Assembly: GCA_026417735.1 (NCBI GenBank)
Contig: JAOACR010000009.1
Span: 423,255-487,254 of the forward strand
DNA from: Kiritimatiellia bacterium
GTDB lineage: Bacteria; Verrucomicrobiota; Kiritimatiellia; PWTM01
Direction of reading: 5' to 3'
DNA length: 64,000 bases
Position numbers and translations under genes: made by a program
Part shown: piece by piece, positions 1 through 9,492 of the stretch
How positions within the stretch are numbered: the first letter of the stretch is position 1
Layout: each line of letters begins with the position of its first letter
The notes under the pieces: model-generated
The model's database searches: none
What the model saw: only the letters and a program-made list of their open reading frames with translations
What the model was told of the DNA's origin: nothing

Positions 1-253
1 GGCCGGTAAGGCACGCGTAGCGACTCGGTGTGCACACCGGTGAGCTGACGTGCTGGTTCGCCATCACCACACCTTCGCTCGCCAGCCGGTCGAGGTTCGG
101 GGAAAGGTAGCGACCGCGGCCCTCGGCGGTCCAACACATCTTGTCCCGGGTCATGTCATCAAGAATGATGAAGATCAGATCCGGCGGACGGGCTGGCGCG
201 GTTAGAGCGCCGGCGAACGCCACCATCACGAGCAGCTGGCGAAACAACGACAC
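1..253 (-). CDS. Sulfatase, N-terminal part (runs off the left window edge; absent from the ORF track)
   Basis: Manual translation from GTG at 253: MSLFRQLLVMVAFAGALTAPARPPDLIFIILDDM...SPNLDRLASEG...SSPVCTPSRYACLTG. Shows a signal peptide, the 'P.LIFI..DD' motif and the CxPxR formylglycine motif. Confidence 0.9.
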   Translation of the reverse strand, partial: MSLFRQLLVMVAFAGALTAPARPPDLIFIILDDMTRDKMCWTAEGRGRYLSPNLDRLASEGVVMANQHVSSPVCTPSRYACLTG

Positions 254-341
254 GGTGCGATCCTAGACAGGAGGCCGGAGTGTGGCAATCGGGCTGTACG
301 AGATGCCGGCGGCGCCGCTACGATCCGGGTGAGAACCGGCG

Positions 342-2057
342 GTGAGCGCATCAATGCAGCGGCGGCGAGCAGCGGCGGTCGGCCTCGCAGCGATGGTGCT
401 GCTGGCGGCGCTTTTCCTGCTGCCGCTGGCGATGGTGGTACGCGGTGGAGTGCTCGATGGCGGCCGGTTCTCACCGCGGCTCGTGCTGCGCGTTCTCTCA
501 AACCCGGTTTATGCGGAAGGACTGCGCACCAGCCTGCTGATCGCGGCGGGGACGACGATCGGTACGGTGATCATCGGCCTGCCGCTGGCATGGATCGCTT
601 CACGGCGAGAGTTTCGCGGACGGGAGACCGTCAGCGCGCTCGTGCTGCTGCCGATGCTGATGCCGCCGTTTGTCGGTGCGATCGGGCTGGAGCACATGCT
701 GGGGCGCTACGGCGCGCTCAACGCGCTGCTCGGCACGCAGGTGGACTGGCTTGAACGGTACCGGCTGGCCGGCGTGATCGCGCTGCAGACGCTCTCGCTC
801 TATCCGATTCTGTTCCTCAACGCGTCGGCGGCGCTTGCCAATGTGGATCCGGCACTGGAGGAGGCCGCCGCGACGCTGGGCGCACACGGTGTACGCCGGT
901 TCATCCGGGTAACGCTGCCCCTGATGTTCCCGGGACTGTTCGCGGGCGCCGCGATCGTGTTCATCTGGAGCTTCACGGAGCTGGGCACCCCGCTGATGCT
1001 GGGGCTTTCCCGCTGCGCTCCCGTGCAGGTCTATGACTCGCTGAAGGACATCGGCGACAACCCGGAGCCCTACGCACTGGTGCTGGTGATGCTCGCCCTC
1101 TGCATTGCACTCTACACGATCGCGCGCTGGTTCGTACGACGGTACCTGCGGGGGATGCCCTCAAAGGGCGTGAGTTCGAGCGCGCTTCCGCGCTGGACGG
1201 GCGCGCGCATGGCGGTCGCCCTCGGTCTGTTCGGACTGGTGTCGCTGGTCGCCGCGCTTCCCCACCTCGGGGTCGTGCTGACAAGCCTCTCGCAGCCTGG
1301 CGCGTGGTATCGCAGCGTGCGCCCGGCGGCATGGACGCTTTCGCATTTGCGCGAAGCATGGTCGCACGAGCTGACGCTGGTCAGCATCCGCAACAGCCTG
1401 CTCTACGCCGGCGGGGCAGTCGCGCTCGACCTGGTGCTCGCGCTGGCAATCGCGAGGGTCGTGACGCGGTCCGATCTCCGGTGGCGTGGCGTGCTGGACC
1501 TGCTGGCGACACTCCCGTTGGCGGTGCCGGGGCTGGTGATGGCGTTTGGTTTTCTCGCGCTCAGTGCGCGGCTGAGCCATGCGGCCTGGGTGCGCGAATC
1601 CAGCTGGGCGGCGCATCTCTTCGACATCCGCACCCAGCCGGCACTGTTCCTCACCCTCGCCTACGCGATTCGTCGGCTGCCCTTCATGGCGCGCGCCGCG
1701 GTGGCCGGCCTGCAGCAAACCCCGCAGGAGCTGGATGAAGCGGCAGCGACGCTGGGCGCCCGGCCGCTGTACATCCTGCGCCGCATTTCGATGCCGCTGA
1801 TTGGCAGCCATCTGCTGGCCGGTGCGCTGCTGACCTTCGCGTTCAGCGTCCTGGAAGTTTCCGACAGTCTGCTGCTGGCCCAGCGGATGGACTTCTATCC
1901 CATCACCAAGGCGATGTATGAGCTCTTTTCGTTCATCGGGGTCGGACCGCATCTGGCGGCCGCGCTGGGCGTGTGGGCGATGCTGTTTCTCGGGTTGACG
2001 CTGTTTGGCGCCAGTCGAATCATCGGTCGCCGATTTGGCGCGCTGTTCCGGGTTTGA
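342..2057 (+). CDS. ABC transporter permease, Fe3+/thiamine (FbpB/ThiP-like), with two fused permease domains
   Basis: 571-aa hydrophobic ORF with two EAA loops (LEEAAATLGA, LDEAAATLGA) and 'FTELGTPLML'. Confidence 0.85.
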   Translation: MSASMQRRRAAAVGLAAMVLLAALFLLPLAMVVRGGVLDGGRFSPRLVLRVLSNPVYAEGLRTSLLIAAGTTIGTVIIGLPLAWIASRREFRGRETVSALVLLPMLMPPFVGAIGLEHMLGRYGALNALLGTQVDWLERYRLAGVIALQTLSLYPILFLNASAALANVDPALEEAAATLGAHGVRRFIRVTLPLMFPGLFAGAAIVFIWSFTELGTPLMLGLSRCAPVQVYDSLKDIGDNPEPYALVLVMLALCIALYTIARWFVRRYLRGMPSKGVSSSALPRWTGARMAVALGLFGLVSLVAALPHLGVVLTSLSQPGAWYRSVRPAAWTLSHLREAWSHELTLVSIRNSLLYAGGAVALDLVLALAIARVVTRSDLRWRGVLDLLATLPLAVPGLVMAFGFLALSARLSHAAWVRESSWAAHLFDIRTQPALFLTLAYAIRRLPFMARAAVAGLQQTPQELDEAAATLGARPLYILRRISMPLIGSHLLAGALLTFAFSVLEVSDSLLLAQRMDFYPITKAMYELFSFIGVGPHLAAALGVWAMLFLGLTLFGASRIIGRRFGALFRV

Positions 2058-2065
2058 AGTCGCTC

Positions 2066-2247
2066 GTGCCCGCAAATACGCCGCTCCTTGCGGGGAAGCC
2101 GGTTCCGAGAGAGGGCCTCCGAAAGTGTCGGACCTGACGCGGACACCGCTCATCACGACACGCCCAGAGAGCGGCGCTCCCCGAGTGTCAGCGCGTGTTC
2201 GTCTCCGTCCCCTGCGGATGCCTATTGTGGCCGCAATATTCACAGTC
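2066..2247 (-). ncRNA. Candidate structured ncRNA (~180-nt rod, 6S-like geometry), unassigned
   Basis: Nested complementary segments on the - strand with G-U pairs: CUGUGAAUAU/GUAUUUGCGG, GGGGA/UCCCC, CUGAC/GUCAG, GCGCCGCUC/GAGCGGUGU, plus a side hairpin UCCGA/UCGGA. No convincing ORF. Confidence 0.25.
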
Positions 2248-2407
2248 CGCCCCCCGGGAGGGCGGTCTTGACCGCGCAAGGAAACGCGCCGGTAAAAACG
2301 GAACAGATGGACTGGCCGGCGCGCTCGCGCCACTGACGAGCGCCCGCTCCGCAAGCGTGCGGCTCCTGGATGACACGTTTTGCGAGCGATCGTTTGTTGC
2401 GGAAGGA

Positions 2408-2910
2408 TCAGGCGGCCGCAAACGCCACGACCGTACCGGCCAGACAGGGCCCGCCGTGCAGGCAGTACGACGCAGACCTCAGCTTCGTCTGCAGTGCGAT
2501 GCAGAAATCCGTGAGCGCGGAATTCCGGTGATGCGCCTGCCGGTCATCCGATCGTCGTACCCTGGCGGGCCGGCGAGGACCACCGCCGCCGTGCGCCCTG
2601 TCGGCCGTCCCCAGAAAGCTACCGCCGCAAGCAGCGGCGGAAGCGCGATGGGCAGCCGGACTGAATGGCTGCGCGTCACGCGACAAGCTGTGCGGACGTG
2701 AAGACAAGATGGGCAGCTCCGCGACCGCCGCCGGATGCTTGTGCCCATCAACGCCGAATGTGGCCCGCCTCCCAGATCGCAATGATTGGAGCCGTCACCG
2801 CAGTCGCCGTCATCTCTGACGCCTACCAAGGACCACCGGCGCCAGGTCGCCGACCAGATCAGGGCCCAAATCGCGTTCCAATCGGCCCGCCGAAAGCCCA
2901 CCCGGACCAT
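2408..2910 (-). pseudogene. Possible decayed membrane-protein gene (weak YbhN/UPF0104 flippase-like N-terminus)
   Basis: Hydrophobic fragments in different frames: RRADWNAIWALIWSATWRRWSLVGV, LPIALPPLLAAVAFWG, TDFCIAL...LAGTVVAF. No intact ORF. Confidence 0.2.
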
Positions 2911-3119
2911 CGCCCGACTTGGCGTCTACCCGACGCGGGCTCCCGTCTCCACGCCGCCCTTCCCCGCGCAGGGCCGCTGCGGGCTCGAGACGGCCGGACG
3001 TCCGCCGTATCGTTGCGCCAGATCGGCGCCTTTCGCCGCCGAGAACAGGCGCGAGTGTGCCAAGCGTGCGGGTCCCTCTCGGCACTCGAAGGGCCCACCT
3101 ACCCGTCGCGCTGCTCAGA

Positions 3120-3929
3120 TCACGACGGGCGCGGGGACGGATGAAGCGAGTGGCGCTCGAGCAGCGCCCGTGCCACCTCGGCGGCTCGGCGGCCCGAGAA
3201 TAGCATGCCCCCGAATGTCGGCCCCATGCGGGGGATTCCAAACACGGTGCAAACGGCCATACCCGCGACGATCAGTCCCGGGAATATCTCGCCCGTCTTC
3301 TCCACCAGCACCCCTTCAGATGCGGCCACATCCATGGGACCGCATTCACTGGCCATCTTCAGCAGCCCTCGCCGCTCGAGGCTGCGCGCGACAACCGCAT
3401 CATGGCCGGTTGCATCCACAACCACCCGGGCCTCCAACGCGACAGGGTCGACACAGGTGATTTGCCGCGGCAGGGCCGCAACGGGGGACCAGTTGACCAC
3501 CACTCCCTCCGCCCGCCCATTCCGGACGACCAGGTCTTCGAATCGCGTCATGTTGAGAAACCGGACACCTGCGCGGGCCGCGGCCGAGATCAGCGTGGAG
3601 CATGCAGTGGGTCCGTCCGACACCGCCAGGCCCGGTTCCGCCCACTGATAAGGGATGCCCAGCTCCTCGAGCAGTTGCTGTGCAGGAGCTCGGAAGGTTA
3701 CCGGATTCATCAGGTAACCGCCGATCCAAAAGCCTCCGCCCAGGTAGTTGTTGTTCTCGACGACGAGCGTTTTGAACCCCCCTTTCGCCAGGTCCCGCGC
3801 GGCCACGAGACCGCTGGGCCCGCCACCCAACACGATGGCGTCGCAAACCAGATACTCGTCGAGCAATCGGTGAAACTCGCGCGCGATCGCGCGCGTGATG
3901 GAGGCTTCGTCCACGGGTGCGAATTTCAT
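3120..3929 (-). CDS. thi4: Thiazole synthase Thi4 (ADP-thiazole synthase), Cys-type
   Basis: GGGPSG dinucleotide-binding motif, GGGFWIGG, CVDP, DATGHDA, PRMGPTFGGM. RBS AAAGGA lies 6 nt before the ATG at 3929. TPP riboswitch upstream. Confidence 0.95.
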   Translation of the reverse strand: MKFAPVDEASITRAIAREFHRLLDEYLVCDAIVLGGGPSGLVAARDLAKGGFKTLVVENNNYLGGGFWIGGYLMNPVTFRAPAQQLLEELGIPYQWAEPGLAVSDGPTACSTLISAAARAGVRFLNMTRFEDLVVRNGRAEGVVVNWSPVAALPRQITCVDPVALEARVVVDATGHDAVVARSLERRGLLKMASECGPMDVAASEGVLVEKTGEIFPGLIVAGMAVCTVFGIPRMGPTFGGMLFSGRRAAEVARALLERHSLHPSPRPS

Positions 3930-3954
3930 GTTCATTCCTTTCTCGCTGTGCGCC

Positions 3955-3988
3955 AAACAAAAACCCCATGCCGGCGGGCATGGGGTCA
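3955..3988 (-). terminator. Intrinsic terminator, expression platform of the TPP riboswitch
   Basis: - strand ACCCCATGC-CCGCCG-GCATGGGGT followed by TTTTGTTT, located between the aptamer and the thi4 RBS. Confidence 0.85.
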
Positions 3989-3994
3989 CCTTTC

Positions 3995-4090
3995 CATTCT
4001 CCCTACGCCGGCATTACCCGGATCAGGTTCAAAGGGTCTCCCGCTCTCAGCGGAACTCTCAGGCCGTCACACGGCCTCCCCTGCTGTCTG
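3995..4090 (-). promoter_or_regulatory. TPP riboswitch (THI element)
   Basis: - strand AGCAGGGGAG...CTGAGA...ACCCTTTGAACCTGATCCGGGTAATGCCGGCGTAGGGA matches the THI-box consensus; directly upstream of thi4. Confidence 0.97.
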
Positions 4091-4094
4091 TGAC

Positions 4095-4123
4095 AACCTA
4101 GGCGCGATCGAGGCGTTTTTCAA
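4095..4123 (-). promoter_or_regulatory. sigma70-type promoter for the TPP riboswitch-thi4 transcript
   Basis: TTGAAA-N17-TAGGTT immediately 5' of the aptamer. Confidence 0.65.
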
Positions 4124-4347
4124 ATCCGCGTCCCGATTTTTTTGAGCGGCCGCCAGCGGTGCGCGGATCGCCTCTCGCCTCGTCTGGTGGTCGTGCGGCC
4201 GCCCGCGGCATGTTAGGGGCCCGGTTCATGGGGTTTGCCACTGGCGTGGTCCCTTTCGGCCTCGCGCGCCCTCACAACCGTGTGCTGTGCGCGGCAGCCC
4301 AAACGCGAGTTGGCGGGCCACCCACAGCCCGCTAGGCTCAACGCCCC

Positions 4348-5268
4348 ATGCAACGGCCCTACATCGCCATGTGGCTCGGAATTCTCGTCTGCGCGACCGC
4401 CGCCAATCTGATTCAGGCCGGCCGCATGGACCCCGTCCATCTGGCCGCCGCCCGGGTCGCCATCGCGGCCGCGGCGCTGTTGCCGCTGTGGTGGCGCGAA
4501 CGACGAGGATGTGAGGGATCAACGCTGCGCACCGAGCTGCGCGCGGCGCTGTGGCCTGGCGTGTTGCTCGGCGTGCACTTCATGACCTTTTTGGCCGGCG
4601 TACGAATGACGTCGGTCGCCAACGCTACCTTGCTGGTGAACCTCGCGCCGGCGATCGTGCCCTTTTTCGCCCACGCGATTCTCCGCGAGCGCATCCGACA
4701 CGGCGAGATCGCCGGCACTGCGCTCGGCTTGATCGGCGTCGCGGTGCTCGTCGCGGGCGATTTTCACATGGACCGCCGGACGTTTTTCGGCGACCTCACA
4801 TGTCTGGGCTCCATGGTGTTCTTCGCGGCCTACCTGGTGCTTGGCCGCGCGCGACGGCAAGGGGCGGGGCTCTGGTCCTACGTCGTACCTCTCTATGCGA
4901 TCGCCACGCTCACGTGCCTTCCCGTCGCGATGCTCCGCAGCTCTCCGCCCGACCTGGACCTCCGCCGAGAAATGTTGATCGCGCTCGCACTCGGTCTCGG
5001 ACCGACCGTGATCGGACACAGCGCGCTGCTCTACGCCGTGCGCTTCCTTCGCTCCCAAACGGTCACACTCGCAAATCTTACCCAGTTCATTTTCGCCGGT
5101 CTGCTCGCGTGGGCGCTGACCGGCGAATTGCCGCGGCCGCGGTTCTATCCGGCCGCCGTGTTGCTGGTGGCCGGCGCCGTGGTGGCGATCAGGTCCGCTG
5201 CGGTAGCAACGACACCGATCCCAGCCAGATCCCTCCGCAACACCCCAAATCATGGTTCGTCCTCTTGA
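4348..5268 (+). CDS. DMT/EamA family transporter
   Basis: About 10 TM helices in two EamA repeats; 'GVLLGVHF', 'TSVANATLL', 'PTVIGH'. Confidence 0.9.
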   Translation: MQRPYIAMWLGILVCATAANLIQAGRMDPVHLAAARVAIAAAALLPLWWRERRGCEGSTLRTELRAALWPGVLLGVHFMTFLAGVRMTSVANATLLVNLAPAIVPFFAHAILRERIRHGEIAGTALGLIGVAVLVAGDFHMDRRTFFGDLTCLGSMVFFAAYLVLGRARRQGAGLWSYVVPLYAIATLTCLPVAMLRSSPPDLDLRREMLIALALGLGPTVIGHSALLYAVRFLRSQTVTLANLTQFIFAGLLAWALTGELPRPRFYPAAVLLVAGAVVAIRSAAVATTPIPARSLRNTPNHGSSS

Positions 5269-5901
5269 CCCCGCGACGGGCAGGGGCAGGCTGTCGCCAA
5301 GAGGCGATTCAAATCAGAAAGCAACTGACATTCTGGAGTGCCACTGGCGCCCTCGGCGTGGCGTCGGCGGCAGACGCGCTGGTGGAGGTGTCGGGCGCTG
5401 GCTCCCAGATCCGCACCGAGGCCGCAAGTGGCATGGTGTGTACCGCTCGCCGCAAGCGACCGCCCACGCCCCCGCCAATTCCGAAGCCGCCGCCCCGGCG
5501 GCCGGTTCTCCGCGCCCCCCGGGCAACCCGCCGTTTCTCAAGCGCCACGGGTTTACCCGAGAGAGGTCGGCTGGACCTCGCGAAATCCTCTGTCGACCGC
5601 ACCGCCGGTCCGCGGCCGGCCGAGTGATTCTGGCTTGCGCGGCGGTTGTCCGGAGACAAGGCGGCCGACCTCCCGGCACCGCGCCGGCGCAAAGGATGTT
5701 GCCGGAGTTTGTGACCCGTCGGACCAACGCCGTCACTGGCGCGCGGCGCCCTTTGAGTCATTGCGTCGCCGAAATGCTGCGCATCGCCGGCGGCGGCTTC
5801 CTCACGAGTCCGTCACCACGCCGGGCTGAGCTTTGCGAAGAGGTTCCGATCGTCCCGGCCGGAGCGATTGCGTCAGCGTCGAGAGCGAAGCCGTTCGAGC
5901 C

Positions 5902-7068
5902 TTAGGGTCGCCGGCCCGGCACCGGCACGGTCTCCCGGCCCAGCGATTGTGGGGAATACCGCTGGAAGATGACCCGCCCCGAGGGGTCCACGATGCTCGC
6001 AATCAGACCGTGGAAGTCATGGCCCGAAAAGTTTCTGGTACTGCCGATCTGTGTCACTGTCCGCGTTTCGGACATCACCAGTTCGATGCCCTTGAGGTCG
6101 AAGGTGCGGCTTTCCTGCCGTCGCATTGCGGGCAGTTTGATTTCCTCACTCGCGTGGAAGCTTCGCACCCCATCCACCAAACCCCGCTTGAAGTACTCCA
6201 CCACCAGCCGGCAATCGGCGGGCAACTCCGCGTTGCGGGTCGTCAGCGTCACCTGAAAACGGTAGAGCACCGGGCCGGCAACGGTATGGGACTGCCCAAG
6301 TTTTGGCGCGCCCTGAGTTCGGCTCTGATGCATCCGGCTGCGGTCTTCCGTGACGGTGATGTCCAGCGCGTAGCCCATCGCGCGATCGGCGTCCTCGTCG
6401 GCCGGTCCCGCCAGTCGCAACCGGCGTTTGTCAGCAGTTCCGACGGTGGCGGGCAGAGGATTCGCATCAGCCGGAAGGGGCGGGGGCGGCGTTGCGCTGG
6501 CCGCCAGCGCCGCGCGCACGCGAGGATGGGACACGACCCGGTCCCGTTCCGTATCGTACGCGGAGAGCACCTCCGACTCCGCGCCTGCGCGCGCTTGGGC
6601 GATCACCTGCAAGTGCCGCGCGGCCGTTTCCACGATTTCGACCTCCACCGCGTAGAGCTCGTTTTTCATCTGGGCGGAGACCTGCGCGACCAGCGCCGCC
6701 CACTCGCCGGGGGAGCGGGCCGCCTCGGGAGCCGGCAGGGTCCGCTCTCGCTCGAACCGCAAGATTTCATCGTGGACGGCCACCATGTCTCGCAGCCGAC
6801 CGGCGGACTGGAGGACCCAGCGCAAATCGCGAAGCATCGAGAGGTACGCCGCGCCCCAAACCATCGCAATCTGCGAAGCTCGCGCGTCCAGCTCCTGCAG
6901 TCGGCGGTCGAACTCGGTGCGGCTGCGCTCCACGTCCCCGGAGGACACCGGTGCCGGAGCAGATACGGACGCGGACGCGACCGACCCGGTTGCGGCCGCG
7001 GTCAGGGCTGTGGACGTGCTCGCCCCCGCCCCGGCTGCCAGCGCGAGCGCACAGAGCGGCCAGCTCAT
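5902..7068 (-). CDS. Hypothetical secreted protein (signal peptide, helical region, C-terminal beta-rich domain)
   Basis: 388-aa ORF with signal-peptide-like start MSWPLCALALAAGAGA and a natural amino-acid composition; the overlapping + frame here is an Arg-rich shadow. Confidence 0.7.
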   Translation of the reverse strand: MSWPLCALALAAGAGASTSTALTAAATGSVASASVSAPAPVSSGDVERSRTEFDRRLQELDARASQIAMVWGAAYLSMLRDLRWVLQSAGRLRDMVAVHDEILRFERERTLPAPEAARSPGEWAALVAQVSAQMKNELYAVEVEIVETAARHLQVIAQARAGAESEVLSAYDTERDRVVSHPRVRAALAASATPPPPLPADANPLPATVGTADKRRLRLAGPADEDADRAMGYALDITVTEDRSRMHQSRTQGAPKLGQSHTVAGPVLYRFQVTLTTRNAELPADCRLVVEYFKRGLVDGVRSFHASEEIKLPAMRRQESRTFDLKGIELVMSETRTVTQIGSTRNFSGHDFHGLIASIVDPSGRVIFQRYSPQSLGRETVPVPGRRP

Positions 7069-7173
7069 CGCCCGAACGATACCGCCCGGCCGCCGCGATG
7101 TCCACGAACCGCGAGCACCGCGCTCGACACGGCCAGCGGAAACCGGTACATCGCGCCGCCGGGAGCGATCGCG

Positions 7174-8529
7174 ATGGTGTGGCGGTTATGGCTGGCGCCG
7201 GCGATCGGCGTCGCGTTGCTGCTGGTGCTGATCCTGCGCTGGCGGGTGCAAGCTTTTTTGGCGCTCATCATTGCCAGCGTCGCAGTGGGCTTCGTTGCCG
7301 GCATGCCGCCCGCCGCGCTGCTGACCAGCATGCAGAACGGTATGGGCAACACCCTCGGTTTTGTCGCCACTGTGGTCGGACTCGGCGCGATGCTCGGACA
7401 GGTGCTCGAATCGTCCGGCGGTGCCCACGCGCTCGCGATGGCGCTGGTGCGGCGGTGGGGAACGGCGCGCGCGCCGCTCGCGCTGATGCTCGCCGGCTTC
7501 TGCATCGCGATTCCGGTGTTCTTTGACGTCGGCTTCATCATCCTCGTGCCGGTGCTCACCGCGCTCGCCGGCGCAACCGGCCGTTCGATTCTGCAGTACG
7601 CCATTCCGCTGCTCGCCGGCCTCGCGGTGACCCACAGCTTCGTGCCGCCCACGCCTGGACCCGTGGCAGTCGCGGAGATTTTGAAGGCCGACCTCGGCTG
7701 GGTCATTGCGCTGGGAATCGTGACGGGGTTGCCCACGGCGCTGGTGGCCGGCCCGCTGTTCGGGGGATGGATCGCGAAACGGGTGGTCGTCGCGCCGCCG
7801 CCCACTGCGGTCAACCCCACGGCACTGGAGGGAGCGCGCGACGGCGAACCACCGTGGACGACGGTCGCGGGAATCCTTGCGATGCCGTTGGTGCTGATTG
7901 TTGCCAACACCGCGGGCCAGCTGCTCGTGAAGCGCGGCGTGTGGTCGCCGGGATGGTTGCCGGCGACGGTGAGCTTCGTCGGCCACCCGTTCGTCGCGCT
8001 GCTGGTGGCGACGCTGACGGCAGTGTATGTGCTGGGTGTTCGCCGCGGGCGCACCGGCGCGGAGATGATGGAGCTCTGTGTGCGTTCGCTCGCGCCAGCG
8101 GGCGTCATCATTCTCATCACGGGCGCCGGCGGCATGCTGAAACAGGTGCTGGTGGACAGCGGCGTTGGGTCGGAGCTGGCCCGGCTGTTCGGACGGCTCG
8201 CGCTGCCGCCGATCGTGCTGGGCTGGCTGCTGGCCGCCGCGGTGCGCATCGCGCAGGGCTCCTCCACCGTCGCCATGATCACCGCCGCGGGTATCCTCGC
8301 ACCGATGGTCGAGCAGTCGGCGATGTCCCCCCCGCATCGCGCACTGACGGTGCTGGCCATCGCGGCCGGGGCGACGATCCTCTCCCATGTGAACGACAGC
8401 GGGTTCTGGCTGGTGGGTCGGTACTGCGGTCTCACCGAACGACAGACCCTGCAGTCGTGGACCGTGATGGAAACGATCATCGCGGTCGCGGGGCTGGCCA
8501 TGGTGCTCCTCGCCAGCCTGATCGTGTGA
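7174..8529 (+). CDS. GntP family gluconate:H+ symporter
   Basis: True start ATG at 7174 (RBS GGGAG). Motifs IPVFFDVGF, HSFVPPTPGP, RIAQGSSTVA, SHVNDSGFW. Confidence 0.93.
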   Translation: MVWRLWLAPAIGVALLLVLILRWRVQAFLALIIASVAVGFVAGMPPAALLTSMQNGMGNTLGFVATVVGLGAMLGQVLESSGGAHALAMALVRRWGTARAPLALMLAGFCIAIPVFFDVGFIILVPVLTALAGATGRSILQYAIPLLAGLAVTHSFVPPTPGPVAVAEILKADLGWVIALGIVTGLPTALVAGPLFGGWIAKRVVVAPPPTAVNPTALEGARDGEPPWTTVAGILAMPLVLIVANTAGQLLVKRGVWSPGWLPATVSFVGHPFVALLVATLTAVYVLGVRRGRTGAEMMELCVRSLAPAGVIILITGAGGMLKQVLVDSGVGSELARLFGRLALPPIVLGWLLAAAVRIAQGSSTVAMITAAGILAPMVEQSAMSPPHRALTVLAIAAGATILSHVNDSGFWLVGRYCGLTERQTLQSWTVMETIIAVAGLAMVLLASLIV

Positions 8530-8596
8530 TGTGAGCGAAACGCGCGGTCCTCGAGACCCGCGTCTGCTCGGAACAGAAAACCCGAAAGAAGATTGA

Positions 8597-9346
8597 CGGC
8601 ATATCGCGTGGTACAAGTTTGACGAGGGCAGCGGCACGGGTTCCGCCAACTCGGGCACGGCCGGAAGCGCGGGCAATCTGAGTTTTCAGGGCTCCGCAGC
8701 GTTTTCGCCGGCGGCCACGGGCTACTCCCTGGACAACCGCACCGGTTCGACGATGGGCGGTTCGGGTGGCGGCGCGCAGACCGCGGTCAGTTTTGACGCG
8801 CTGGACAACCTGACCGCGATGACCATTACGGGTTGGTACAAATCCGACGGCGCGTTTGCGGGCCTTGCGCGACTAGTCGACCGTGCTGCGCCGACTGTTG
8901 GTGCGGGTGAGTGGTCACTGTATTTTGATCCGACGCCGGGCCGGCTGCAGCTGAACCTTGGAGGCACCACCTTCTTCAACACCACAGGAGACTATTGGCA
9001 GACGAACAAATGGATTTTCTTCGCGGTTCGGTTCGTCGGAAGCTCCTCGGTGAACTTCTTCATTGGCGACACGAACACCACCGCCTCCCTGCTGAGCTCA
9101 ACCGGCGGCCCCGTCCCCGCAAACCTAGGTGACGGAACGAGGAAGCTGACGGTTGGTAACCGCGAGAACCTCGGCCGGGCGTTCAAAGGGTGTATTGACG
9201 ATGTCCGGATCTACGACGAGGCGATTTCGGACACCAACATCGAGGCGATCCGGGTCGAGGGAATCCCCGAGCCGGGTACGATTGGTCTGCTCAGCCTGAG
9301 CTCGGTTCTGCTGATCGCACGGCGCCATCGCTGGCGCGAGCGCTGA
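8597..9346 (+). pseudogene. LamG-like jellyroll + PEP-CTERM protein, 5'-truncated (no start codon or signal peptide)
   Basis: The frame opens after TGA at 8594-8596 with RHIAWYKFDEGSG... and continues to FKGCIDDVRIYD...IPEPGTIGLLSLSSVLLIARRHR. The first ATG (8753) is internal to the domain. Confidence 0.75.
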
Positions 9347-9492
9347 ACCGCCGGTGCCCGCGGTCGCGTTCGAGAGACCCTCGCGTACAGGATCTAAGTT
9401 CCGAGCGCTCCCGCGGGGATGGCGTGTATCCGCAATTCGCTTCGAGGTCTTGGCCGCGATGGAATCCCCCGGTTGCCCCGCCTGCCGACATC

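Noticed and set aside
2078..2118. Group II intron domain V-like string (CGCCG...CGGTTCCGAGAGAGGG)
   Set aside because: The helix and bulge geometry is poor, and there is no domain VI or RT/maturase ORF.
2160..2195. ZTP (pfl) riboswitch-like words CGGGGAGCG and CTGGGC on the - strand
   Set aside because: The P1 and GACTGGCG elements are missing, and there is no downstream gene in that orientation.
4221..4310. Second fluoride-riboswitch-like string (ATGGGGTTTGCC...CAACCG) upstream of the EamA gene
   Set aside because: The 5' strand (GGTTC) cannot form the first stem with TTGCC, and there is no GCTRAT-RACYCC 3' pseudoknot strand. At best a degenerate or chance match.
5833..7173. 898-aa N-terminally extended GntP ORF, and similar long extensions in the track (RND to 13173, BioH to 18002, Sel1 from 46563, propeller from 55224)
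   Set aside because: These extensions are Arg/Pro/Gly-rich shadow frames overlapping real genes, as expected at high GC. Downstream starts with RBS or stop/start overlaps fit better.
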